From assembly GCA_963750805.1 (NCBI GenBank), contig CAVVSV010000015.1:7468-71467 (forward strand): DNA of 64,000 nucleotides, read 5' to 3'. Under the pieces are notes generated by a model. It was not told where the DNA came from. It saw nothing but the letters and a program-made list of their open reading frames with translations, and ran no database searches. Both the position numbers and the translations under genes were made by a program. The stretch comes from an uncultured beta proteobacterium. Lineage in GTDB: Bacteria; Pseudomonadota; Gammaproteobacteria; Burkholderiales; Burkholderiaceae_C. Of this stretch, positions 9,741 to 19,576 are shown piece by piece. Numbering within the stretch: the stretch's first letter is position 1; every line of letters starts with the position of its first letter.

Positions 9741-10589
9741 ATGACCATCGATCTGGACGACCGTCAACGCGCCATGCTGCAGGAGATGGGTGTGCGCGTC
9801 TGGTTGCCCAGATCCGAGGTGATCAGCATTGAACCAGCACTTGCCAAATTGATGCCAGTCACGCCAAAGTCAGCCCGACCGGGGGAAGTAATTGCTACTG
9901 AAAGGATAGCTGATAAATCATTGGCTCCGGGGACTCCAGACCAAACTCATGGTGAAAGTCAGCGGCCCCTGGTGCTTGGGCAGACGTGGAGCGATTTGCA
10001 ATCGGCGGTGACCAGTTGTCGCGCCTGCAAACTGTGCGAGGGACGTACCCATACAGTGTTTGGAGTGGGCCCGGCGGGCCCCGATGCCCAGGCGGCACCC
10101 AAGGCAGACTGGCTGATCGTCGGCGAGGCGCCGGGTGAAAACGAAGACCGCATCGGCGAGCCATTTGTCGGTCAGGCTGGGCAGTTGCTGGACAACATGC
10201 TCAAGGCCATGGGTGCCAGCCGGCAAACCAACACCTACATCCTGAACGTGGTCAAGTGCCGCCCTCCCGGCAATCGCAACCCCGAGTTGGCGGAAATTGC
10301 CCAGTGCGAGCCCTTTTTACGTCGCCAGATCGAGCTGCTTCAGCCGAAGGTGATTCTGGCGATGGGCCGATTTGCAGTGAACGCCCTGCTGCAGGCCAGC
10401 ATTTCCGACGTGGCCAAGTTGCCTTTGGGCAAGTTGCGTGGCCAGGTGCACGGTTATGACTGTGCGGGTGTCACCCTGCCGGTGATCGCCACCTACCACC
10501 CGGCCTATTTGCTGCGCAACTTGCCGGAAAAAGCAAAAGCCTGGGCTGATTTGTGTCTGGCCATGGACACGATGAAGCGGCTGGCTTGA
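9741..10589 (+). CDS. uracil-DNA glycosylase, family 4
   Basis: GEAPGENED and HPAYLLR motifs with Cys ligands for a 4Fe-4S cluster, and an N-terminal extension of about 90 aa. Confidence 0.85.
   Translation: MTIDLDDRQRAMLQEMGVRVWLPRSEVISIEPALAKLMPVTPKSARPGEVIATERIADKSLAPGTPDQTHGESQRPLVLGQTWSDLQSAVTSCRACKLCEGRTHTVFGVGPAGPDAQAAPKADWLIVGEAPGENEDRIGEPFVGQAGQLLDNMLKAMGASRQTNTYILNVVKCRPPGNRNPELAEIAQCEPFLRRQIELLQPKVILAMGRFAVNALLQASISDVAKLPLGKLRGQVHGYDCAGVTLPVIATYHPAYLLRNLPEKAKAWADLCLAMDTMKRLA
9894..9935 (+). repeat. dispersed tripartite motif, copy 5 (UDG gene, sense)
   Basis: GCTAC TGAAAGGA TAGC TGATAAATCATTGGCTCC GGGGACT. Confidence 0.6.
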
Positions 10590-10593
10590 TGCG

Positions 10594-11475
10594 TTAGCGG
10601 GCGCGCGTAGGCAGCAGCACGGAGCCAATCGCCGCCACCATGAGCAACACGGCCGCCCAGTCCTGCCAGTGCAGGACCTCACCCAGCCACCACGCGCCAC
10701 TGAACACGCCCAGTATGGGAATGAACATCACACTCAAGGTGGAAGCCACCGGCGGCAATGACCGTGCCAGCGAAAACCACACGGCGTGGGCAAAGCCAAA
10801 AATCAGCACCGCGTTGTAAACGATGGCGATGACTGTGTCGCGCGGCGGCATGGTCCACTGCTCGCGCTCAAACAGTGTGGCGCACACGGACATCACCACC
10901 GTGGTCAGCACGGTCATCCAGAAAGAAATTGTCAGTGTTTGCAGGGGTAGTGTTGTGCGTCGCAAAAGTTGGGTTCCCAGCGCCCAGGTGGCCGCAGCAA
11001 ACAGCGCCAGCACCACGCCCACCGGCCGGCCCGACAAGTTGGCCAGCTCATGCCAGAGCAGCAAAACCACTCCCAGTGCAGCGGCCGCCACGCCACCCCA
11101 GGCGCGGGGTGCCAGACGTGCGCCAAACACCAGTGCTCCCAGCACGGCCGAAAAAATCGGCATGCTGTAGCCCAGAATGGCCGCCCGCCCACTGCTCAGG
11201 TTCTTGACCGCCAGAATGATCAACCCCTGCCACACGATCATGTTGGTCAGCGCCAACCACGAGATTTCGCGCCAATGCGCCCGTGGCACATGAAACGGCA
11301 CCTTCAGCATTTTCAGGCCCAATGCCAGCACTGGCAGCCCCAAAATGAGCGAGAGGGACCGAAACGAAAGGGCGGGGTAGTGGTTCACCCCCAGCTTCAT
11401 CACGGGCCAGTTCAAGCCCCACACCAGGGTCAGGCATATCAGCAGAAAAAGTTGGCGGCGAGTCAGTGCATGCAT
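10594..11475 (-). CDS. EamA/DMT-family transporter
   Basis: 293-aa protein with 10 predicted TM helices and two EamA-like halves. Confidence 0.8.
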   Translation of the reverse strand: MHALTRRQLFLLICLTLVWGLNWPVMKLGVNHYPALSFRSLSLILGLPVLALGLKMLKVPFHVPRAHWREISWLALTNMIVWQGLIILAVKNLSSGRAAILGYSMPIFSAVLGALVFGARLAPRAWGGVAAAALGVVLLLWHELANLSGRPVGVVLALFAAATWALGTQLLRRTTLPLQTLTISFWMTVLTTVVMSVCATLFEREQWTMPPRDTVIAIVYNAVLIFGFAHAVWFSLARSLPPVASTLSVMFIPILGVFSGAWWLGEVLHWQDWAAVLLMVAAIGSVLLPTRAR

Positions 11476-11525
11476 GCACGGATTGTCCCTGTTTGCGAGC
11501 CGTGCATGATTCTTACAATGGCTCC

Positions 11526-12374
11526 ATGAACTTCATCGCCATGTTGAGCGCCGCAGAGCGCCAAAACGCCTCCATGCTGTGTGTGGGCCTGGACCCCGAA
11601 CCCACCCGCTTCCCGGGTGCTTACAAAGGTGACGCCAGCAAAATTTACGACTTTTGCGCGGCCATTGTGGATGCCACGGCCGATCTGGTGATCGCCTTCA
11701 AACCCCAAATTGCCTATTTTGCGGCGCACCGCGCTGAAGCCCAGCTGGAGCGCCTGATGGAACACATGCGCCGCACCTCGCCCAGGGTGCCCATCATTCT
11801 GGATGCCAAACGCGGCGACATCGGCAGCACCGCAGACCAGTACGCGATTGAGGCCTTTGAGCGCTACGGGGCCGATGCAGTGACCCTGTCGCCTTTCATG
11901 GGTTTTGACTCGGTGGCACCCTACCTGAATCCCAAGAAATATCCAGACAAAGGCGCATTTTTGCTGTGCCGAACTTCCAACCCCGGTGGAGACGATTTGC
12001 AGAGCCAGCGCTTCTCCAGTGTGCCAGGTGACCCCCTGATGTACGAACACATTGCCCATCTGGCACAAGGCCCCTGGAACCTGAATGGTCAACTCGGCCT
12101 GGTGGTCGGCGCTACCTACCCCGCGGAAATAGAGCGGGTTCGAGCAATTGCACCCCATTTGCCGCTGCTGATTCCGGGTGTGGGCGCGCAGGGCGGTGAT
12201 GCGGTGGCCACCGTGAAAGCTGGCTGGCGTGGTCAGGATGGCGACACCACCGCTCCCATCGTGGTGAACTCATCGCGGGGCATTATTTACGCGTCGTCGG
12301 GCGATGATTTTGCAAAGGCGGCGCGCGCTGAAGCCATGAAAATGCGCGATGTGTTGCAGGCGGCGAAACGCTGA
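11526..12374 (+). CDS. pyrF: orotidine 5'-phosphate decarboxylase (type 2)
   Basis: LCVGLDP and ILDAKRGDIGST motifs. The ATG at 11526 (MNFIAML) is preferred. Confidence 0.9.
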   Translation: MNFIAMLSAAERQNASMLCVGLDPEPTRFPGAYKGDASKIYDFCAAIVDATADLVIAFKPQIAYFAAHRAEAQLERLMEHMRRTSPRVPIILDAKRGDIGSTADQYAIEAFERYGADAVTLSPFMGFDSVAPYLNPKKYPDKGAFLLCRTSNPGGDDLQSQRFSSVPGDPLMYEHIAHLAQGPWNLNGQLGLVVGATYPAEIERVRAIAPHLPLLIPGVGAQGGDAVATVKAGWRGQDGDTTAPIVVNSSRGIIYASSGDDFAKAARAEAMKMRDVLQAAKR

Positions 12375-12396
12375 GTCCAACCAAGGAATACACCCC

Positions 12397-12999
12397 ATGA
12401 CCATTGACCGTTTTGCCACCAAAGCCAGCACCTACGAGCAAAACCCAAACCGGGTTGATAACGTTGCAAATATCGCCGATGGCATCGTGAACGCCGTCCA
12501 ACTCGACAAGTCGATGCACCTGATCGATTTCGGCGCGGGAACGGGCCTGCTGCTGGAGAGAATCGCGCCGCACGTTGGCAAAATCACGGCGGTGGACGTC
12601 TCGAGTTCAATGATTGCGCAGCTTGAGGCCAAGCGTGAAAAATTGGGCTGCGAGCTCGGCATTGCCCAGACCGATCTGGAGACATCGGATTTAAGCGGCG
12701 AATTTGACGGCATCATTTCGTCCATGACCATGCACCACATCCGCAACATTGACGCCATGTTTGGCAAATTCCACGCGCTGGTGAAAAAGGGCGGCTTTAT
12801 CGCCATTTCCGACCTGGATTCTGAAGATGGCAGTTTCCACACGGAAGACGCCGGCGTTTTTCACAATGGATTTGACCGCGACGAGTTTGCGAAGGCCGCC
12901 ATGGCCACCGGTTTTGAGAAGGTTCAGGTGTCCCCCGTCAGCGTGGTGAGCAAGCCCCATCGGGACTTTTCTGTTTTTCTGCTCACCGCCATCCGGTAG
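12397..12999 (+). CDS. class I SAM-dependent methyltransferase
   Basis: Motif I DFGAGTGLL. The ATG at 12397 is preceded by AAGGAA. Confidence 0.75.
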   Translation: MTIDRFATKASTYEQNPNRVDNVANIADGIVNAVQLDKSMHLIDFGAGTGLLLERIAPHVGKITAVDVSSSMIAQLEAKREKLGCELGIAQTDLETSDLSGEFDGIISSMTMHHIRNIDAMFGKFHALVKKGGFIAISDLDSEDGSFHTEDAGVFHNGFDRDEFAKAAMATGFEKVQVSPVSVVSKPHRDFSVFLLTAIR

Positions 13000-13008
13000 A
13001 TGGTGCGA

Positions 13009-13959
13009 TCACTTCACCACGCCGCGGTTTAACCAGCGTCCACCCAGCATCACTGTCACCAGTGCAGCGACCACCAGCGCGATGCCGGCCCACTGCCAGG
13101 GTGTGATGACCTCACCGAGTGCCAGCATGCCTGCTGCGAGGCCCACCACGGGCACCCCCAGGCTGAACGGTGCCACCCGGTTGGCGGGGTGGCGTTTGAG
13201 CAGGCCGGTCCACAGGGCGTAGGCAGTGATGGTGGCCACCCACCCCAGGTAGGCGGCGGCCAGCCAGGTGGTCCAGGGCAGAGCGCTCCAGGCGGCTCCT
13301 GAAAGCCAGCGGGCGCTTCCGTCATCAAACAGCCAGGTCAGCCCAATGAAAGGCAGGATGGGCGTCAAGCCGCTCCACACCACAAAGGCCACGGCGTCGT
13401 AGCTTGGGCTGGACTGCTGCGCCTTGCGCGCCACAATGTTGGAGGCCGCCCACATGGCCGCAGCACACAAATTCAGGACAAAACCCCAAAAAGTGGTGAT
13501 TGTTCCCGCCCCTGAGGCATTGTTAGCTACGAAATTCATAGTAAAGCACAACAAACCCAGCGCGGCCAGCGCGAGTCCGGCGATTTGCTGGCGGTTCATC
13601 CGTTCGTGCAGCATCACAAATCCAAACAATGCGGTGAAGAAAACCTGCATCTGCATCAGCACCGAGGCCAGTGAGGCCGTCATGCCGACTTTGAGTGCAC
13701 TGAACAAAAACCCGAACTGGCCCACGCCCTGAAACAAGCCGTACAACACCACCCACTTCCACGGCATCTTGGGCGCCCGGATGAAAAAAATCAGCGGCAG
13801 CACCGCAAACGCATAACGCGCCGCGCCCAACTGAAATGGCGTGACATCGCGCAGTGCAAACTTCATGGCCACGAAGTTCAGGCCCCAGATCACCACCACG
13901 GCCAGGGCAGCGGCCAAATCGCGACCGGAAAGGTGAGTAGGGGAGGTGTTGGCGCTCAT
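13009..13959 (-). CDS. EamA/DMT-family transporter
   Basis: 316-aa multi-pass membrane protein with duplicated EamA halves. Confidence 0.8.
   Translation of the reverse strand: MSANTSPTHLSGRDLAAALAVVVIWGLNFVAMKFALRDVTPFQLGAARYAFAVLPLIFFIRAPKMPWKWVVLYGLFQGVGQFGFLFSALKVGMTASLASVLMQMQVFFTALFGFVMLHERMNRQQIAGLALAALGLLCFTMNFVANNASGAGTITTFWGFVLNLCAAAMWAASNIVARKAQQSSPSYDAVAFVVWSGLTPILPFIGLTWLFDDGSARWLSGAAWSALPWTTWLAAAYLGWVATITAYALWTGLLKRHPANRVAPFSLGVPVVGLAAGMLALGEVITPWQWAGIALVVAALVTVMLGGRWLNRGVVK
13501..13542 (-). repeat. dispersed tripartite motif, copy 6 (EamA gene, sense; degenerate ends)
   Basis: ACTAT GAATTTCG TAGC TAACAATGCCTCAGGGGC GGGAACA. Confidence 0.45.
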
Positions 13960-14137
13960 CGCCCGATTATTCCTGACGGTCTTTAAGGAATGCCGCTTTG
14001 CGCAAAATCAAACTTGGCACACCCCGGGGGATGGCAAATGCCTTCAAAGGCGCAAAATTGGCGTGTGAGCACCAAGGTGCTTCAGTGTGAATCTGCTAAC
14101 CTTTGCGCATTGTTTTTAAATCTCTGAAAGGGCCATC

Positions 14138-14458
14138 ATGTCGAGTTCAAGTCAATCCGGTGTCGCGTCGCAATCCCAATTGGTGACTGATATCAAGTCG
14201 GTGATTTCCGAGGCCGAAGAAATGCTCAGCGCCACCGCGGACCAGGTGGGCGAAAAAGCCGTCAAATTGCGTGAGCGCATCAAAATCCGCCTGGCCGATG
14301 CCAAAGTGCGTCTGGTGGAGGCCGAGGCCGTCTTGCTCGCCAAAACCAAAGCGGCTGCGCGCGCGACGGATGACTATGTGCACGAGTCCCCCTGGACGGC
14401 GATTGGCATTGCGGCCAGCGTGGGCCTGCTGGTGGGCCTGATCATCGGTCGTCGCTGA
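14138..14458 (+). CDS. DUF883 (ElaB/YqjD/YgaM-like) membrane-anchored protein
   Basis: 106 aa with a helical N-terminal part and a C-terminal TM anchor (AIGIAASVGLLVGLIIG). Confidence 0.7.
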   Translation: MSSSSQSGVASQSQLVTDIKSVISEAEEMLSATADQVGEKAVKLRERIKIRLADAKVRLVEAEAVLLAKTKAAARATDDYVHESPWTAIGIAASVGLLVGLIIGRR

Positions 14459-14478
14459 GTCACGGGCAAGCAGCGCTC

Positions 14479-14895
14479 ATGAATGGTGTGCCGGGCCGCC
14501 CCGGCCTCTTTGCCGCCCTGAAGAACACCACCGCCACATTGCTGGGGATGGCGCAAACCCGCCTGGAGCTGGCCGGCGTGGAATTGCAGCTGGAGAAAAT
14601 CCGGCTGATGCGCCAGATGGGGCTGGCCTTCAGCATTGTTCTGAGTGCCGCCTTTGGCGTGTTGCTGTGTGTGGCCTTGGTCACCCTGCTGTTTTGGGAG
14701 CATCGCGTTGCCGTGGTGGCGGGTTTTGCCGGCTTGTTCATGGTGTTGGCCTGGCGGTTGTACGCCGCACTGGGCCGCAGCATGGAGGCGTCAGAAGCGC
14801 TGTTTTCCGGCAGTATCTCGGAGTTGCAGAAGGACCTGAATCAGCTCAGAAAAGTGGTTGAGTCAAAGGGTAGCGAGCAGGGTGACGCATTGTGA
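14479..14895 (+). CDS. YqjE-like small membrane protein (DUF1469 type)
   Basis: Two TM helices, located directly after the YqjD-like gene. Confidence 0.6.
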   Translation: MNGVPGRPGLFAALKNTTATLLGMAQTRLELAGVELQLEKIRLMRQMGLAFSIVLSAAFGVLLCVALVTLLFWEHRVAVVAGFAGLFMVLAWRLYAALGRSMEASEALFSGSISELQKDLNQLRKVVESKGSEQGDAL

Positions 14896-15239
14896 GTAAC
14901 AGCATTGCCGATCTGCGATTGAAGCGTGGACAACTGGTTGAACGCATGGCGCATCAGCGGGCGGATTTGTCCCGTGATCTGGCCCCGGTGCAATCCGCAT
15001 TGGCCACGGTAGACCGGGCACGTGTGGCGGTGCATTCAGGCATTTCCTACCTGAAGCAACATCCCTTGGCACTGATTGCAGGCGTCGCCGGCCTGGCTGT
15101 ATTGCGACCCCGTCGCATGTTGTACTTTGCAGGGCAAGGGCTGGTGTTGTGGCGCAATTGGCGCAATCTGAGAGCCCTGGTGCCGGAACCCCTGATGCGC
15201 GGCTTGAAGAACCGGTTGGCGAGCCGCTTCGGACGATGA
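14892..15239 (+). CDS. YqjK-like protein
   Basis: 115 aa. Its start overlaps the preceding stop, and it is the third member of a yqjD-yqjE-yqjK-like arrangement. Confidence 0.5.
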   Translation: MSNSIADLRLKRGQLVERMAHQRADLSRDLAPVQSALATVDRARVAVHSGISYLKQHPLALIAGVAGLAVLRPRRMLYFAGQGLVLWRNWRNLRALVPEPLMRGLKNRLASRFGR

Positions 15240-15319
15240 TTGAATAAGTAAATGTCGCGGCCTTACCTCAACACAACTCGGATAGGACGGGGTGGCCATT
15301 CAATGATGTTTGGGCAAAC

Positions 15320-16180
15320 ATGACGAACGATGTGAAACACCCCTTGAAACTCACCTTTGCAGCCAACTTGATTGGTGCCTTGTTCGTCGGCAGTGTCGGC
15401 ATGGGTTTGTCACCGGCTGTGTGGGCACAGACGGTTGCACCTCAAAACTCAGTGGCTGCCACCGTCAATGGCGTTGCGATCTCCCAGCAAACCCTGGCGG
15501 CTGCCGTGGCCAATTTTGTGGCACAGGGTGCCAAAGACTCGCCTCAGCTGCACGATCAGGTTTTGATAGAACTCATCGCGCGCGAAGCGCTGGTGGGCGA
15601 AGGTCAGCGCCTCGGTTTGGACAAATCGGCAGCCTATTTACAGCGCCTTGAAGATGCCCGCCGCACGCTGTTGATGGACGCGACCTGGGCTGATTACCTC
15701 GCCAAAAACCCCATTACCGAGCAGGAAGAACGCGCCGATTACGAGCGCCAAAAAAAGGCATTGGGCGGTGGCGACAGCACGCCCCAGTTTTTGGTGAGTC
15801 ACATTGTGCTGGCTGACGAGGCACAAGCCAAAGTCGCGCTGGAGCGTGCGCGTAAGGGCGAGGCGTTCGACAAACTGGCGTCCAGCCTGTCAATAGATGC
15901 AACGACAAAAGCCAAAGGGGGTCAGATTGGCTGGCTGCTGCCCAGCGATGTCTTGCCAGCGATTGGCACGGTCATCACGGGGCTGAGCAAGGGAGCCGTG
16001 GCTGCCACCCCGATCCAGACCCCCGCGGGCTGGCAGGTGGTGAAGGTGGACGACGTTCGACCTTTCAAGATACCCACTTACGAGGAGTCGCGTCCCCAGC
16101 TCAAGGTGGCCGTGCAAAACAATCGGCGCAAGCAATTCATTGAAGAGTTGCTGAAAAAGGCCGAGATCAAACGGCCCTGA
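15320..16180 (+). CDS. periplasmic parvulin-type peptidyl-prolyl cis-trans isomerase
   Basis: Signal peptide and a PpiC/parvulin domain (FLVSHIVL...GGQIGWL...GWQVVKV). Confidence 0.8.
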   Translation: MTNDVKHPLKLTFAANLIGALFVGSVGMGLSPAVWAQTVAPQNSVAATVNGVAISQQTLAAAVANFVAQGAKDSPQLHDQVLIELIAREALVGEGQRLGLDKSAAYLQRLEDARRTLLMDATWADYLAKNPITEQEERADYERQKKALGGGDSTPQFLVSHIVLADEAQAKVALERARKGEAFDKLASSLSIDATTKAKGGQIGWLLPSDVLPAIGTVITGLSKGAVAATPIQTPAGWQVVKVDDVRPFKIPTYEESRPQLKVAVQNNRRKQFIEELLKKAEIKRP

Positions 16181-16188
16181 GCGCGGCT

Positions 16189-16386
16189 TTATTCATGCGG
16201 ACCCTTCAGATCCTGAAGGGCCGACGCCACCAACTTGGCCACCAAGTCCGCATCGCCCAAAGCATTCGCGAGCAGCAGGCAGAGCTTGGTCAAAAAGACT
16301 TCTGAGTGATCCGGGCCGGCCTGGTCGATGGCTTGTGCGAGCGTGTCGTACACCGCTTCGAGTTGGGCAATGTTCAAAGCGGTCAT
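16189..16386 (-). CDS. small DUF2783-like protein
   Basis: 65 aa. Its start overlaps the stop of the upstream FAD monooxygenase gene. The family assignment is from memory. Confidence 0.5.
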   Translation of the reverse strand: MTALNIAQLEAVYDTLAQAIDQAGPDHSEVFLTKLCLLLANALGDADLVAKLVASALQDLKGPHE

Positions 16387-18065
16387 GAGTTGATTCCGTG
16401 TTCAGACTGGCCCAATGCGCGCGCTATGGCCACCTTCAGGGCGGAAGGTGTGAGTGCCAACCAGCGCGCACTCACGTGCTGGTCCGGGCGAAACAGGTAG
16501 GCAGCCAACTTATCCGATGCGACTGTCGTGACCCCGTATTTTTTGGCGACAACCTCATGGGTGTTCTGGCGGACTTGAATCGATATTCCGGTTGATTGAA
16601 GGTCGGCGACTGCTGTCATGATTTCAGGGTGGTGGAGGGGCATCTTGCCAAACACCAACAACAAAAAGCCAGCCGGGAAATCATCCATCAGGTAGTAATC
16701 TTCGCCCAGCTTGACATTGGCCATGGGTTCACCGTTGGCTGGGCCTGCGGTGAACAGCGCGTTGTCATCCTGCGGGCAATTCAACGGCGAATCAATGTAA
16801 GCGTGCGGCCGTGAAGTGCGCCAGTGGTAAAGCGGACGCACAAATTCCTGCGTGAGTGACAGCGACAGGACCGCATCGCGCAGCAACCTGAAACCCCGAG
16901 TGGGTGGTGTCATGAATCGTGTGCTTTTGCCAGCCTCTTCCACGATTTCGCGCGCTGCGGCGACGCGTTCGTATGAATAGGTGGACAGCAAGGAATCAGA
17001 CGCCACGCCATTGACCACGCTGGCCAATTTCCAAGCCAGATTTTGACCATCCTGAAAACCCGTGTTCGCGCCGCGCACGCCAAAAATGGGCAGCATATGG
17101 GCGGCGTCACCAGCAAACAAAAAGCGCCCGTGTCGGTAGTCGGGCAACGTCAAGGCGCGGGCCGAATACACGGAAGACCAGTCCATCTCCCAGGGTGTCC
17201 CGCCATACCCAATCATGTCCAGCTGGGCATTGATGCGGGTGCGCAGGGACTCAGGGGCCAGCGCTTCCTCCGGCGTCTCGCCGGCTGGCAACTGGTAATC
17301 AATGCGCCAGATGCCCAGCGGCTCCCGATGCATCAACACCGTGTTGCGCGGGTTCCAGGGCGGGTCAAAAAAAGCAAGACGTTCGGTGGGCAGGGGCAGG
17401 TCGATGCGGATATCGGCAATCACAAAGCGGCCTTCGTAGGAGCTGCCTTGGAGCTTCAGGTTGAGCAGGCTTCGCACGGCTGAGCGCGCACCATCACACA
17501 CCACAACGTGATCGGCAATTTGCGCATATGGGCCCTCAGGCGTGTCAATTTCAATCCTTGCCGCACCCGTCGTCATGCCCGTGTCCGGCACTGCCGTTAC
17601 CTTGTTCCCCCAACGCATGTCGATGAGCGGCTGCGCCAGTACGCAGTCGACCAACGCTTCCTCCAGAAACTGCTGCTGCAGGTTGATCATGGGAAAGAAG
17701 CGGTCGTCCTCGCTGTAGGGGGCCTCCATGCGAAATACGCGCTGCTCCCGGTAAAACGAGTTGCCAAAGCGCCAAGGCAGACCCTGTGCGGTGACGGCTT
17801 TGTCAGCACCGACTTGCTGCAATATTTCCATGGATCGGCGTGTGAACACGATGGCCCGGCTGCCTTCACACACCTGCTGTTCAGACTCCAGCAGCACGCA
17901 CGGAACCCCAAAGCGCGCCAGCTCCAGGGCCGTGGCCATGCCGATAGGCCCGGCACCGACGATCACGACTTTGGCCTGAGCGGGCTGGGTCGGTCGTTCT
18001 GCGGCCGGGTAAACCTTGTAGTTGAAATAAAGCGACGGACGGGGCAGTTTGGTGGCTTGGTGCAT
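16383..18065 (-). CDS. FAD-dependent aromatic-ring monooxygenase (PheA/TfdB/MhpA-like)
   Basis: GAGPIGM dinucleotide-binding motif and a GDAAH motif, 560 aa. Confidence 0.8.
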   Translation of the reverse strand: MHQATKLPRPSLYFNYKVYPAAERPTQPAQAKVVIVGAGPIGMATALELARFGVPCVLLESEQQVCEGSRAIVFTRRSMEILQQVGADKAVTAQGLPWRFGNSFYREQRVFRMEAPYSEDDRFFPMINLQQQFLEEALVDCVLAQPLIDMRWGNKVTAVPDTGMTTGAARIEIDTPEGPYAQIADHVVVCDGARSAVRSLLNLKLQGSSYEGRFVIADIRIDLPLPTERLAFFDPPWNPRNTVLMHREPLGIWRIDYQLPAGETPEEALAPESLRTRINAQLDMIGYGGTPWEMDWSSVYSARALTLPDYRHGRFLFAGDAAHMLPIFGVRGANTGFQDGQNLAWKLASVVNGVASDSLLSTYSYERVAAAREIVEEAGKSTRFMTPPTRGFRLLRDAVLSLSLTQEFVRPLYHWRTSRPHAYIDSPLNCPQDDNALFTAGPANGEPMANVKLGEDYYLMDDFPAGFLLLVFGKMPLHHPEIMTAVADLQSTGISIQVRQNTHEVVAKKYGVTTVASDKLAAYLFRPDQHVSARWLALTPSALKVAIARALGQSEHGINS

Positions 18066-18130
18066 CTTCGTGGCGTCAAAGCGAGTGCACCACTGTATAG
18101 CGGTTGGGTCCAGCTAACCCTTTGCGATCT

Positions 18131-19576
18131 CTATCGACGACACACATTGAAATTGAACGCTGAATTGGACAGGCTGGGATCGCGGTCCAACAAAATGGGG
18201 GTAGTGGTCAAGCGAATGGGCGCCAGAGATTGCCCGGCAAATCCAGCCTCTCCCGCATCCATCACCAACGACGCCCCGGACTGTGCCAGCACCACTTTGC
18301 CTTCGCGCACCATCAAATAAACGCCGGAAGTTCCGCTGGGCGGCTCGGTACTGCCAAACAGTTGCGGCAGATTGACATCAATGACTTCCGGCGCAGGCGT
18401 CTCTAGCGAGTTGAAAAATTCAGGCGTTGCGTCGAGCAGTCGGGCCGCACCCTGTGCACCCGGCAATTTGGCACTTTGCCCGGCATCCATCAGGACTTCG
18501 CGACCATCGGCGCCAGCCAATGTCACCTGCCCCTTGCGTGTCGAGACAAACAGGGATTGATCGCAGCGGGCATCCTTCACGTCGCCGGGTGAAGGATCGT
18601 CGGGCGCGTCAGCACCCCCGCAACTCAGGTCAAACACGGTGCCACGTATTCCGATCGTGGCTGTTGTGGTTTGAAACTTGACCTGGCCGGGGGCTGCCTT
18701 GGCCACCAGCCCAGTCGCCACCCGAAGCCCTCCGGTGATCAGGCGAAACAGCATGGAACCCCGGGCGGGCTGCTCGGGCTCGTAAGCGTACTGCGCCAAA
18801 GCCAGTTGCGTGCCACTATTGAGCGTGATGCGGGTGTCATCCCGAAAGGCCAGCACGGCGTGGCTGCCACTGGCGGTGCTGACCCGGTCGCTGGCGTAAA
18901 CAGGTGCGCCTTGGGCCAGTTGCAACTCCCGCGATTCGCGTTCTACACGAACAGAGCCACTGGCCTGCACCAGCCGGGCGATGACGGGCGCGCTGCTGTT
19001 CAGCCGGTTGCTCAATGCCGCAGCAGGGGCTACCGCGCAATCATCCTCACAAAGGCGCGCGGTGTAGTCGGTTCCACGAATGCCTATCGTGGCCACTTTG
19101 ATGTTGAGTTTGTAGGCATCGACATTGCCCCGTTTGCCGATAGACCCTGTGATGGCGCGTAGTCCGCCTTTGAGCAGGCTGATCACCAGGCTGTCGGATT
19201 CGGGTGCTTCAGAGAGGTAACTGTAGGCCTGGACCACCACCCGTGAATCAGGGCGCAAAGCCGTTTCACCACCATCCGTGAAGCGCAACCGCACGGTGCT
19301 GTTGCGGGTGGTGGACAGCACATCGCCCACCTGCAGCGCAGACCCCCGTGCCAAAATGCCCTGTCGCCCATCGGTGCGGGTCACATAGGCGGTGCCTTCC
19401 ACCGACGTAGCGGTGGCAGCGCGGACCGATGGCGCAGCCTCACGGGCCACAGGCGCGACATCAGATTGGGCTATTGCGGCCATCCCATGCATAACCAATG
19501 CGATCATCGCCATGACACGTGGCCAGCGTCCCTTGGGTCGAAACCCCCAACATATTGCGTTCAATGTCATGGACAC
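18131..19576 (-). CDS. secreted protein with two FecR-type domains
   Basis: Signal peptide and two similar halves, each with a FecR-like beta segment followed by IGIRGT. The ATG at 19576 overlaps the tpsA stop by 10 nt. An alternative start is at 19513. Confidence 0.7.
   Translation of the reverse strand: MSMTLNAICWGFRPKGRWPRVMAMIALVMHGMAAIAQSDVAPVAREAAPSVRAATATSVEGTAYVTRTDGRQGILARGSALQVGDVLSTTRNSTVRLRFTDGGETALRPDSRVVVQAYSYLSEAPESDSLVISLLKGGLRAITGSIGKRGNVDAYKLNIKVATIGIRGTDYTARLCEDDCAVAPAAALSNRLNSSAPVIARLVQASGSVRVERESRELQLAQGAPVYASDRVSTASGSHAVLAFRDDTRITLNSGTQLALAQYAYEPEQPARGSMLFRLITGGLRVATGLVAKAAPGQVKFQTTTATIGIRGTVFDLSCGGADAPDDPSPGDVKDARCDQSLFVSTRKGQVTLAGADGREVLMDAGQSAKLPGAQGAARLLDATPEFFNSLETPAPEVIDVNLPQLFGSTEPPSGTSGVYLMVREGKVVLAQSGASLVMDAGEAGFAGQSLAPIRLTTTPILLDRDPSLSNSAFNFNVCRR

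Noticed and set aside
9907-9925. Fur-box-like string GATAGCTGATAAATCATTG inside motif copy 5.
   Set aside because: The resemblance to GATAATGATAATCATTATC is partial and confined to this one copy. It lies inside the UDG coding region, and the other copies do not share it.
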